Origin: Candidatus Latescibacterota bacterium
GTDB lineage: Bacteria; Latescibacterota; UBA2968; UBA8231
DNA: 64,000 nt
Direction: 5' to 3'
NCBI GenBank assembly: GCA_965243025.1
Contig: CBDETY010000003.1
Coordinates: 768,001-832,000 of the forward strand
Made by a program: the position numbers and the translations under genes. Shown piece by piece: positions 1 to 8,983 of the stretch. The notes beneath the pieces were generated by a model, which saw only the letters and a program-made list of their open reading frames with translations, was not told where the DNA came from and made no database searches. The first letter of the stretch is position 1; each line of letters opens with the position of its first letter.

Positions 1-762
1 CTGCTGCCCCACCTGACGCTGCGGCAGAACATCGCCTTCGGACTGCGCCGCATGCCGGAAGGGGAGCGCCGGCGGCGGGTCGACGAGGTGGTCGACCTGG
101 TGCAGGTGGGTGACGCCCAGGAGCGGTTTCCTCACCAGGTCTCGGGCGGCCAGGCGCAACGCGCAGCGATCGCCCGCGCCCTGGCCCCGCGGCCCGGGGT
201 GCTGCTGCTGGACGAACCGCTCAACAACCTCGACGGGCCGCTGCGGGCGCAGCTCATCGAAGAGTTGCGGGGGATCCTCGCCCTGCGGACCACCACGGCC
301 CTGTTCGTCACCCACGACCGGGACGAGGCGTTCAACATCGCCGACCGGGTGGCCGTGCTCCGAGGCGGCCGGCTGCAACAGGCCGGATCGCCCGAGGAGC
401 TCTACTGGTCGCCGGCCAACGGCTTCGTCGCGTCTCTTCTTGGAAAGACCAACCTGATTCCGGTTCGCCGCATCGGCGGCGACTGGGTCACCGACCTGGG
501 GCCGGCCGGCAGGGCGCAGCCCATCGACGCCGACGGGCAGCCCGTGGTATCGATCCGGCCCGGCCAGGTGTGCGTAGGGACGGAGGAAGCCGGCGGCGCC
601 AACCGCCCCGGCAGGGTGGTGACGGCGCGGTTCCTGGGGGAGACGCGGGAGCTGACGATCGAGCTGCAGGGCGAGGGCGGCCGGCTGCGGGTCACCGCTC
701 ATGTCGACGCGGCGGCGCGCTTCAGCGCCGGGGACCGCGTGTTCGTGTCCGTCGTGCCGTAA
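1..762 (+). CDS. ABC transporter ATP-binding subunit, FbpC/PotA-like with TOBE tail (5'-partial)
   Basis: Frame open from base 1 (LLPHLTLRQNIAFGL); signature VSGGQAQR, Walker B LLLDEP, H-loop VTHD; Walker A lies outside the window. Confidence 0.92.
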   Translation: MLPHLTLRQNIAFGLRRMPEGERRRRVDEVVDLVQVGDAQERFPHQVSGGQAQRAAIARALAPRPGVLLLDEPLNNLDGPLRAQLIEELRGILALRTTTALFVTHDRDEAFNIADRVAVLRGGRLQQAGSPEELYWSPANGFVASLLGKTNLIPVRRIGGDWVTDLGPAGRAQPIDADGQPVVSIRPGQVCVGTEEAGGANRPGRVVTARFLGETRELTIELQGEGGRLRVTAHVDAAARFSAGDRVFVSVVP

Positions 763-927
763 ACCCCGCGCCGATGCGCAGGGCAATCCCTGGACCATCC
801 CTCAACCAGGGCGACGGTGCGGGACGAGTCGGCGGAGCGCCCGTTGCATCGTTCCCCGGTTCAATGCGGGGTGCCCTGCCACCGACGCTGAAGGCCAATA
901 TTCAACCAACAGCCGAAGGATTTCCCC

Positions 928-1875
928 ATGGCAAGTCAGTTTCTCGTGGATGGCGACCTGTTCGTCGAAGTGGTGGACAACGACGACGGAGGAGGTTTTT
1001 CCCCGAAACGGGTCGAGGAGCTCTCCCGGGCGAACAAGGAAGGCCGTTATGACGAGGTCGCTTTCCCGTTTGAACGGGCGAACGGTTACAACGGGGTGCG
1101 CCAGCTCTACAGCCGGCGCGGCCCGCAGGAGAACATCTTCCGGACGGCATGGGGGAGCAGCCTGAACTTCGAGTTCATCTACGACCGGTCCGGCCGGTCG
1201 ATGATTCCCCGTTGGCTCGGGGGGAAGCTCGGAACCCCGCCAACGCCGAGCCGACTCACCCGGCTCGACGACAACTCGGTCCAACTGACCACCTCGATCC
1301 CCGAACCCCGGCGCATCGAGGTCAGCACGACCTTCACCCTCGTCCCGCCCCATTACATCGATCTGGAAACCGCGTGCGTTGCCCACCCCGGCGCATTCGA
1401 CGGGGAGTGGCTGGGGCTGTTCTGGGCGAGCTACATCCACAGCCCCGAGAACAAGACCACCTGGTTCCTCGGCCGTCCGGACGAAAACGGCCCCGAACAG
1501 TGGATTGAATCGCTGGGGGAACAACCGGGGGGCGGGCGTGTCTTCGCGGGCGAAGCCGATTCGCTTGTCGAGGGTGAACCCGATCCCGGCGGCGGCCTGT
1601 TCCACAACATCCGGCCGGCGCGGTATGCGCATCCGTTCTTTTTCGGGTGCTGGCGCGGCATGATGCTCGAACTGATGATCAAAAGCTCCGAGTCCCTTCG
1701 GTTCGCGATTCAGCCGACAGGGGGCGGACTGACGAACCCGGCGTGGGACTTTGCCATCCTCATCGAGGATTGCCAACCGTTGACCCGGTACGGTTTCAGT
1801 GCCCGCGCGGTCTTCAAGCCGTTCGTGAGCCGCGAAGACGCGTTGGAAGAGTACCGGAACTGGGTGGGCGGTTAG
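928..1875 (+). CDS. hypothetical protein, possibly galactose-mutarotase-like beta-sandwich
   Basis: 315-aa ORF with protein-like composition, aromatic/beta-rich; no catalytic motif recognised. Confidence 0.6.
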   Translation: MASQFLVDGDLFVEVVDNDDGGGFSPKRVEELSRANKEGRYDEVAFPFERANGYNGVRQLYSRRGPQENIFRTAWGSSLNFEFIYDRSGRSMIPRWLGGKLGTPPTPSRLTRLDDNSVQLTTSIPEPRRIEVSTTFTLVPPHYIDLETACVAHPGAFDGEWLGLFWASYIHSPENKTTWFLGRPDENGPEQWIESLGEQPGGGRVFAGEADSLVEGEPDPGGGLFHNIRPARYAHPFFFGCWRGMMLELMIKSSESLRFAIQPTGGGLTNPAWDFAILIEDCQPLTRYGFSARAVFKPFVSREDALEEYRNWVGG

Positions 1876-1968
1876 TCTGCTGCAGCGCGGAACCGCGCCG
1901 GCGGTCACTCCGATGTCTCCACCTCGATGGGTGTGCACCGTCCTAGCGCGCCCACGGGCGCTGACCTA

Positions 1969-2976
1969 TTACCGCATTTCCGCCAGCGAGACCGTCCTGC
2001 GTTCCCTGGCCGAAACCGAGACGGCTGCGGCAATCTCGACATCGAGAAGGGCATCTTCCGGAGGATTGCGGGCCTGGCGGCGGCTTTCGATTGCATCGAG
2101 AAAGGTGGCTGCCTGCCGGACTTGTGGGGACGGGCGGTTCTCAAAAGCGCGAACCTCGGAGCGGCCCGCTTGATAAACGGTAATTGAATCCTTCCCGGGC
2201 GGGCTGTCGGCACTGGGCAGGATTCCGCCCTCCGCGCAGATGAATCGCGGCTGCGGGTCGGCCATGCCCTCCGGGCCTATGTAACTGGCCGTTGCCGAAG
2301 CGAAGGCCCCGTTTTCAAATCCGATCAGGGCCCCGCAGGTCTCCTCCGCAACGCCCCCGGGAGCGGTATTCCGCATCCGGTTGGCCATCGCGGACACCGT
2401 TGTCGGCCTGCCGAGAATCCAGCGGACGGCATTGAGATAGCAGTAACTCATGTGGGTAAGCGGCATCCCCCCGCTCGCCTCCTGGTCGCAGTACCACCCG
2501 TCCGGGTCCGGGTTCCAAAGAGCCATGGTCACGGCCATCACCGGCGCCCCCAGCTCACCTCCGGCCACGAGGCGCCGGATCTCCTCCCAGGCAGGGTCGT
2601 ACCGGCGCTGGAACCCGGCCTCCACGATCCGGCTGTTCCTGGCCGCCATTTCCACGATCTCGCGCCCGGTTTCCCTGCTTGAAGACAGGCACCCGCCCAC
2701 GAGGAGGTCGTAACCGGCCTTCAACGCCCAAAGGGAGACCTCGTCCTGAACGCGGTGCGGAACCTCGATCAGGACCGCGTCCGGCCGGGTTTCCTCCAGG
2801 CGGCGGAAGTCATCGAAGAAAGCGCCGCACACCAGCTCGGCCGCGCAGATTTCGGCGCGCAGTGCGCGCCGGGCGGCGACGCCGCAGATCTCCGCGCGGC
2901 CCGTCTCCAGAAACGCCCGGCCCCGGGTCCGGGCCATGTTCCCGGCTCCCACAATCGCTATCCGCTGTTTCGACAT
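1969..2976 (-). CDS. Gfo/Idh/MocA family oxidoreductase
   Basis: Rossmann IAIVGAGNMA, GFQRRYDP, SGGMP; the usual EKP motif is replaced (VGGCLS). Confidence 0.9.
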   Translation of the reverse strand: MSKQRIAIVGAGNMARTRGRAFLETGRAEICGVAARRALRAEICAAELVCGAFFDDFRRLEETRPDAVLIEVPHRVQDEVSLWALKAGYDLLVGGCLSSSRETGREIVEMAARNSRIVEAGFQRRYDPAWEEIRRLVAGGELGAPVMAVTMALWNPDPDGWYCDQEASGGMPLTHMSYCYLNAVRWILGRPTTVSAMANRMRNTAPGGVAEETCGALIGFENGAFASATASYIGPEGMADPQPRFICAEGGILPSADSPPGKDSITVYQAGRSEVRAFENRPSPQVRQAATFLDAIESRRQARNPPEDALLDVEIAAAVSVSARERRTVSLAEMR

Positions 2977-3159
2977 ATCGCTACCGCTACCGCTTCCGCT
3001 TCCTGGGTGAAAGTCATCGAGCCGTTCGCGGGCTTGGTGCCCGGCTCAACTTCAGCAACCCGTGGGGCTTCTCCCGGCGCGACCACTGCAAGGAGCGGCG
3101 GACCATCCGCAGCCGGAACTGGAACTACCTCATGGACCTGCCGGCCTGAACACTTTCTG

Positions 3160-3885
3160 TTACCCGGTTTCTGCGAGAACCGCGTTCAGTCGTTCCGGGA
3201 AATTCGTCAGGATCCCGTCGACGCCGATGTCGATGAAACCCCGCATGTCTTCGGGGGTGTCGGCATAGAAGACGTGGACGATCCGGCCTGCCGCGTGGGC
3301 CTTGCGGACATAACCCGCAGTCGTGATGTCCCGGCCCGGCTGCATCGTCCGGAGCCCCATCTCCACCGATTTCCGGAGGTACTCCTCCGGCGTGCGCCCG
3401 GCGCGGAAGATCCGGCACTCGATCCGGGGGTCGATTCCGGCAAAAATCCCAACGCTGTCATCGCTGCATGCCAGAATGGAATCGTCCACCATCCGGAAGT
3501 CCTGCAACGCCTTTGCAACCTTGCGTTCAAAATTCCCGTCAGGAACGCCTCCCTCTTTCAGGTGGACATTCAGCCCGACCTTTCCCTGCACGAGGTCCAA
3601 CGCTTCCTCCCAGGTCGGCACACGTTCGTTCCGGAACTGATCACCGAACGCGCTTCCCGCGTCGAGGGCCTTGATTTCGGCCAGCGTGAGCTCCGCGATC
3701 GCGCCTGTTCCGTCGGTTGTTCGATCCACGGCAGCATCGTGCATGACCACGAGGTGCCCATCCCTTGTGGAGTGAAGGTCGAGCTCGATCTCGTCGACAC
3801 CGATTTCCAACGCCTTCTGAAAGGCGATCAACGTGTTTTCGGGGCAGCTTCCCGAGGCGCCCCTGTGGGCGACATTAGCAACCAT
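3160..3885 (-). CDS. glycerophosphodiester phosphodiesterase
   Basis: AHRGAS, PENTLIAF, IELDLH, VVMHD, GVDGILTNFP. Confidence 0.95.
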   Translation of the reverse strand: MVANVAHRGASGSCPENTLIAFQKALEIGVDEIELDLHSTRDGHLVVMHDAAVDRTTDGTGAIAELTLAEIKALDAGSAFGDQFRNERVPTWEEALDLVQGKVGLNVHLKEGGVPDGNFERKVAKALQDFRMVDDSILACSDDSVGIFAGIDPRIECRIFRAGRTPEEYLRKSVEMGLRTMQPGRDITTAGYVRKAHAAGRIVHVFYADTPEDMRGFIDIGVDGILTNFPERLNAVLAETG

Positions 3886-3975
3886 CGTTGGTTTCCTTTT
3901 TGTTGAATCCGGTTTCCAGCCTGACCAGCCCTTTGAAAAAACCCACCCGGATCAACGAACTGCAATAGCCAATGG

Positions 3976-4845
3976 ATGATAACGCCCATGCCTTGTGAGC
4001 CGATGCTCTACGAAATGCACATGCACACCCCGCTCTGCAAACACGCGCGCGGCGAGCCTGAGGAGTATGCCGAAGCGGCCCTGCGGCGGGGCCTGAAGGG
4101 CATCGTTGTCACCGACCACAACCCCACGGACGACGGCTGGTCCCCCGGGGCGCGGATGGGCGTGGAGGAACTGGGGGACTACGCGGCCATGGTCGAGCGC
4201 GCCCGCAAGACGTGGGCGGGCCGGGTCGACGTCCGCCTCGGCCTCGAGAGCGATTACGTGCCCGGCATGGAGCCGTGGCTGGAGAAGCTGCACGGAATGG
4301 CTGAATTCCACCACGTTCTCGGTTCGGTCCACCCAAATCTTCCCCAGTACATCGACCGCTTCTACCGGGGTGACGTGGAGGCCTATTCCGGCACCTACTT
4401 CGAGCATCTGGCCATGGCCGCGGAGACCGGCCTGTTCGACACCATCGCCCATCCCGACCTGGTCAAGAACTTCTCGCCTACGGACTGGCATCCGGAGCGG
4501 GCCATGGACCATATCCTCCCCTGTCTCGACCGCATCGCCGCCGCCGGGACGGCCATGGAACTGAACACGTCGGGACGCAACAAGGCATATGCCGAGATGA
4601 ACCCGGGACCGGCCGTGCTGGCGGAAATGGCCAACCGCGGAATTCCTGCGGTCATCGGCGCGGACGCCCATGTTCCCGACCGGGTCGCCGACGGGTTTGT
4701 CGACGCCCTCGATATGCTCGAAGAGGCCGGGTACAGCGAGGTGAGCCTGTTTCTCCATCGACGGCGGCAGGACCTGCCCATCGACCGGGTGCGGGCCAGC
4801 CTGATGGCGGCCGGGCAGACCGAGGCCGCGGAGCGCACCCCATGA
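3976..4845 (+). CDS. HisJ-family PHP histidinol-phosphatase
   Basis: HMHTPLCKHA, TDHNP, GLESDY, LGSVH, AHPDL, ELNTSG, GADAH. Confidence 0.92.
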   Translation: MITPMPCEPMLYEMHMHTPLCKHARGEPEEYAEAALRRGLKGIVVTDHNPTDDGWSPGARMGVEELGDYAAMVERARKTWAGRVDVRLGLESDYVPGMEPWLEKLHGMAEFHHVLGSVHPNLPQYIDRFYRGDVEAYSGTYFEHLAMAAETGLFDTIAHPDLVKNFSPTDWHPERAMDHILPCLDRIAAAGTAMELNTSGRNKAYAEMNPGPAVLAEMANRGIPAVIGADAHVPDRVADGFVDALDMLEEAGYSEVSLFLHRRRQDLPIDRVRASLMAAGQTEAAERTP

Positions 4846-4885
4846 CGCGGTTGGTCTGCGGTGTGGTGAACCCATACCCGGACAC

Positions 4886-6088
4886 CTAAACCCCCCACCG
4901 CTCCATCTTCTCCTCGTCCAGGTCGATGCCGAGACCGGGACCCTCGAAAGGGACGAGTTCGCCCCCGGAGAGGGAAAAGGGCGTTGTGCACACGTCCCCC
5001 TGAAGCAGGCCCGGGCCCACGAGGTCCGAGGGTATGCGGACGCTTGCCGACGCCACCGCGAGGTGCACCGAGGCAGCGGTACCCGGGCCCAGTTCGATGG
5101 TGCTTCCCAGCAGGGCGGGAATCCCCGCGGTTTCGGCGGCGTGGATCAGCCGCTGGGCGCGGCGCAGTCCGCCGGCCTGGCAGGGCACGACATTGACGAT
5201 ATCCACGGCCCGGTGCCGGATCACCGCCGCCAGGAAAACATCTCCCAGGTCGGCGACGTGCTCGATGATCGGAATGGGGGAGCGGGCCCTGACTCTGGCC
5301 AGGGCCGCGGCGATACCGTCGGCGTCCGCTTCGATGCGGGCCGGATCTTCCCGGGACATGGGCCGCGACAGGGCGCGGATCGGCGTCTCGCAGGTGTCGG
5401 CGCCGGCCTCTGCCATATCCTCGAGCCTGGACAAGGCCTCGTCTTCTTCCCAGAAACCGCTGGCGTCCACCTTGATATAAGCCGCGGCCCCTGCGATCCT
5501 GCGCGTCAGCCTCACTCTTTCCAGGTCCCGTTCCTGGTCTTCCCCCACCTTGAGCTTGAATGCCTTCATTCCCGAAGCCGTCTGGTCGGTCACTTCCCGT
5601 TCGAGGGCCTGAAGCTCCTCGGTAAGGGAGGCGTCGCCGCGCAGGAAGGCTACCCAGGAAACGGAGGCGGCCTGCCGGCAGCGGCCGCCCAGCAGTTCAT
5701 GGACCGGGAGTCCATGAATCCGGCCGGTCAGATCGAGGAAGGCGGTCTCGACCCCGAAGCGGATCAACTGCCTGAGCTCGGGATACCAGTCTCCGGGAAG
5801 CGCCTCCTCGACGCGGTCGCAGAGGGTGCGCCACGCACGGACGTCGCCGTCGAGCAGCAGGCCGGACAGCAGGGTCTGAAGGGCGGCGGCCGAAGGGGCG
5901 TTCATGCGGGGGGCGATATCGGAAACTTCGCCGATACCGGACGGGCCGCCGCGGGTTTTCAGCTCGATGACCTGGTAGGTGGACCGCCCGTGGTCGATGG
6001 TGTCCTTCAGGTTCTTGGGATCCGCGCAGTAGGTGTCGTAGATGCGGGGGACGGCAACCTGCCGTACGCGGACTTCGGCGATGCGCAT
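4886..6088 (-). CDS. mandelate racemase/muconate lactonizing enzyme family protein (atypical active site)
   Basis: GIGE, ETAFLDL.G, LLGG, KLKVG, VDA, ETP, PGLGIDLD. Confidence 0.88.
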   Translation of the reverse strand: MRIAEVRVRQVAVPRIYDTYCADPKNLKDTIDHGRSTYQVIELKTRGGPSGIGEVSDIAPRMNAPSAAALQTLLSGLLLDGDVRAWRTLCDRVEEALPGDWYPELRQLIRFGVETAFLDLTGRIHGLPVHELLGGRCRQAASVSWVAFLRGDASLTEELQALEREVTDQTASGMKAFKLKVGEDQERDLERVRLTRRIAGAAAYIKVDASGFWEEDEALSRLEDMAEAGADTCETPIRALSRPMSREDPARIEADADGIAAALARVRARSPIPIIEHVADLGDVFLAAVIRHRAVDIVNVVPCQAGGLRRAQRLIHAAETAGIPALLGSTIELGPGTAASVHLAVASASVRIPSDLVGPGLLQGDVCTTPFSLSGGELVPFEGPGLGIDLDEEKMERWGV

Positions 6089-6327
6089 GTCGCTCCTTTC
6101 GCAATAGTGCCGATTGTTCCTGTATTTTCCGGTGCCCGGTCGAAATCAGAGACGAGGATGCGGCCAGATTTACCGGGAGGTGTGCCTCCGGCGCCAGCCG
6201 TTCAATTGACACGGTCGATACGGCCAGAACTCTGATCGACCGCGCAGTGGTGGAATCATCGGGATCGCGGCCTCCGGCCAGTTCCCGTTCCGGGCATGCC
6301 TGACAGGGCTGATTGAGACTGCTGCCG

Positions 6328-7065
6328 TCATCTGGCCCGCCCGCAGAACCCGGCCACCTCCTCCAGCTCCAGGTCGACGCCCGTGTTGCTCCGCAGCTTG
6401 TCCTCCATCTTCCGGAAGACCCCTGGCAGGTCACGCTTCAGCACTTCACGCACCCCGTTGCTCCCCCGCACTCTGAAGCCTTGCAGACTGAGCAGTTCGG
6501 GCCGGATCGCGCAGCAGATCAAAAGCTCGTGGTACCCCTGCATTGGAAAGAGATGGTCCAGGCGGATCTCGAGATTGTCCTCGAAGGAGAGGCTGGTCCT
6601 CCAGTACGCTTCGGACGCAACCGGCTCCATCCGCTCCCGGAAGAAGGCCTCCCGTTCCTTCGAGTCCAGGTATCCCGCCTCCTCCGGGCAGTAGACCAGG
6701 TCCGAGAACCGCACGCAGGCGGCCCACGTCCGGCTGCGGACCTGGTCGTCCGCGTGGATGCCGATGGTAACGCCATTGACCTTGCCATCCACAATGCCCT
6801 CCGAGCATCCCTGTCTGGCCCTGTTCATGTAGCCGTAGGTGCACGTCCTGGGATCAACCCATCCTGGAATGAACTCCGGCCGGTGCCGATAGTGCGCATC
6901 GTAGATGGTCTCATGTCCATCCGCCGGGCCGTCATATCCGTGAGCCAGCCCGTTCCGGAAGATGCTCACGAGGTTCCCGGGCTCGCTCCCATGGTAGATC
7001 AACCTCGTCTCCTCGAAGTCGGGAAGAAGCCAGTTCATCTCTTCCCGGGACATTACGCCGGGCAT
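6328..7065 (-). CDS. hypothetical protein with ADP-ribosyltransferase-fold-like motifs
   Basis: ATG at 7065 with upstream AGGGAGG SD; IYHGSEPGNLVSIFRNGL near the N-terminus and HELLICCAIRPELL near the C-terminus. Confidence 0.6.
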   Translation of the reverse strand: MPGVMSREEMNWLLPDFEETRLIYHGSEPGNLVSIFRNGLAHGYDGPADGHETIYDAHYRHRPEFIPGWVDPRTCTYGYMNRARQGCSEGIVDGKVNGVTIGIHADDQVRSRTWAACVRFSDLVYCPEEAGYLDSKEREAFFRERMEPVASEAYWRTSLSFEDNLEIRLDHLFPMQGYHELLICCAIRPELLSLQGFRVRGSNGVREVLKRDLPGVFRKMEDKLRSNTGVDLELEEVAGFCGRAR

Positions 7066-7230
7066 GTGGAAAGCCTCCCTTCTGTTGCTTGGTACTGAGG
7101 TTTCTGAGACAGGAGTATAGCCAGCCGTGAACTGAGCACGAAAGGTGCGCTGCCCAAAGGTTCGCCCCGGTCCGGGGTCGTATCCTATACTTCGCGCTGA
7201 ACCATGAGAGCCCCGATGGCAGGAGGGTCC

Positions 7231-7917
7231 ATGTCCGTCAGTTTCGAACAGAGTCGCCCGGCCGACCGGATCAGCACGGAAGTCTGGGACATGGTCGGGG
7301 AGCTGGAACCAGCGGCCGTGTCCGATGTGCTGCACGCGCGCGGCTTCCACGACCAGGTCATGCGCCACGGCATCGGTCCCATCGACACTGCGACCCGGCT
7401 GGCCGGCATTGCCCGCACCATGCAGTCCCAGCCCCTGGTCGGCCCCCCGCAGGCCGGCAGGGAATACGAACTGCTCTTCGCCGCGATCGACGGGCTCCAG
7501 CCCGGGGAAGTCCTGGTCACCGACCGCACCGATTGCTGCGTGTGGGGGGAACTGTGCTCCGAAGCGGCGATCTGCCGCGGCGGAAACGGCGCCGTGATCG
7601 ACGGGTTCTCCCGGGATATGGAGCTGGTTCGGAAACTGGGCTTCCCGCTGTTCTGCCGCGGTTCCCACATGAGCGACCTGCTCTATCACCGCACGATTAC
7701 CGGCGTCAACGAAGCCGTTTACTGCGGCGATGTCGCCGTCCGGCCCGGCGACCTCCTGCTGGGATCGGAGGACGGCATCGTGGTTATTCCCGGCAACTCG
7801 ATCCAGGAGGTGGTTCGGGAAGCCTGGGAGAAGGTGAAGACCGAATCGAAGGTCCGGATCGCCCTGCGCAACGGCATGACTGCCGGCGAGGCTTACAGGA
7901 AATTCGGCGTCATGTAG
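7231..7917 (+). CDS. RraA/HMG-aldolase family protein
   Basis: AGGAGG SD; VSDVL, WGEL, GAVIDGFSRD, VRPGDLLLGSEDGIVVIP. Confidence 0.92.
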   Translation: MSVSFEQSRPADRISTEVWDMVGELEPAAVSDVLHARGFHDQVMRHGIGPIDTATRLAGIARTMQSQPLVGPPQAGREYELLFAAIDGLQPGEVLVTDRTDCCVWGELCSEAAICRGGNGAVIDGFSRDMELVRKLGFPLFCRGSHMSDLLYHRTITGVNEAVYCGDVAVRPGDLLLGSEDGIVVIPGNSIQEVVREAWEKVKTESKVRIALRNGMTAGEAYRKFGVM

Positions 7918-8036
7918 GCCGGGAGTCCCAGCCCTTCTCGAACCGACCGCCGCTTCCGGGGCAGTACTTTGATCCCGGCACCCTGAACACTGCGACCCCG
8001 CCCCTGGCTTCACAGTGGGCACGTCCGAGGCTCGGC

Positions 8037-8849
8037 ATGTCATTCTCCTTTACCGACCGCCACATCCACGAGTACCGCACTCAGGGGTACACCGTCTTCC
8101 GCCAGATCCTGCCGCCCTCGCTGATCGCCGATCTGCGGCGCGTCTGCGACGAGGCGCGGGACCTTGCCCGGCAGCAGCGCGGCCTCCAGGCCCAGCGCCT
8201 GCAGCCGATTGCAGACTTCCCGCTCGAACAGCAGCCCTTTCTCGACTACGCGGAGCTCCCGGCGCTCAACGACGCCATCCACCGCCTGCTCTCGCCGGAT
8301 TTCCGCTTGGGCGGTGCCCCGGTCATGGGGGTGCTCTTCGAACCGGCCGAGTGGCCGTGGTGTACCCACTGGCACCGGGACTGGCGCGACAACATGCCCG
8401 GCCTGGAGCTGGCGCGCTGGGACGAGCACTTCGCCGACGACCGCTACTTCAACCAGGTCAACTGCGCCCTGTACGCCGACTCCTGCACCTGGGTCGTCCC
8501 GGGCAGCCACCTGCGCCGCGACCTGCCGTGCGAAGCAGCGCGTTTCCCGGAGCGCCCCATTGCCAGGCCCGACCTCGAAGGACAGTCCGCTGCCGAGCGC
8601 GAGTCGAGCTGCCGCGAATACGCACGGAGCATGCCCGGCGCCCGGCAGCTCTTCCTCGACGCCGGCGACTTCTGCCTCTACCGCAACACGCTGTGGCACC
8701 TTGGCAGCTACGTGCCCTGGGCAAAAAGGGCGACCCTGCACGACGCAGCGGATACCGACGAGTTCGCCGCCTGGCGAGACGAGACCCTGCGCCTGGTCAA
8801 GGAGCGGCAGGCACAGGGGCACGGGATGGAGAACCCCCATCGTGGCTGA
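8037..8849 (+). CDS. phytanoyl-CoA dioxygenase (PhyH) family Fe(II)/2OG protein
   Basis: YRTQGY, WHRD (HxD), VVPGSH, AGD, LWH. Confidence 0.9.
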   Translation: MSFSFTDRHIHEYRTQGYTVFRQILPPSLIADLRRVCDEARDLARQQRGLQAQRLQPIADFPLEQQPFLDYAELPALNDAIHRLLSPDFRLGGAPVMGVLFEPAEWPWCTHWHRDWRDNMPGLELARWDEHFADDRYFNQVNCALYADSCTWVVPGSHLRRDLPCEAARFPERPIARPDLEGQSAAERESSCREYARSMPGARQLFLDAGDFCLYRNTLWHLGSYVPWAKRATLHDAADTDEFAAWRDETLRLVKERQAQGHGMENPHRG

Positions 8850-8983
8850 ACACAGCGGCTTCGTGAATTTCTGTCGGTATCGGCCTGCGGTGGAGATGCT
8901 CTCAACCGCACCATGCGAACCAGTTCCTGTCTCATGAGCAACCACATCCGGAATCCCGGGCAATCCCGACCTGACCTGCTGCC

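Noticed and set aside
865-925. TPP riboswitch (GGGGTGC...GCTGA)
   Set aside because: Lacks CTGAGA, ACCTGA and the downstream conserved core.
2981-3003. CTACCG/CTTCCG hexamer microsatellite as a phase-variation switch
   Set aside because: Only about four imperfect units, upstream of a metabolic gene.
7120-7180. Structured ncRNA between the ART-like and RraA genes
   Set aside because: Only short hairpins expected by chance at this GC; no recognisable family.
8917-8926. LexA box upstream of addB
   Set aside because: GAAC-CA-GTTC has 2-nt rather than 4-nt spacing.
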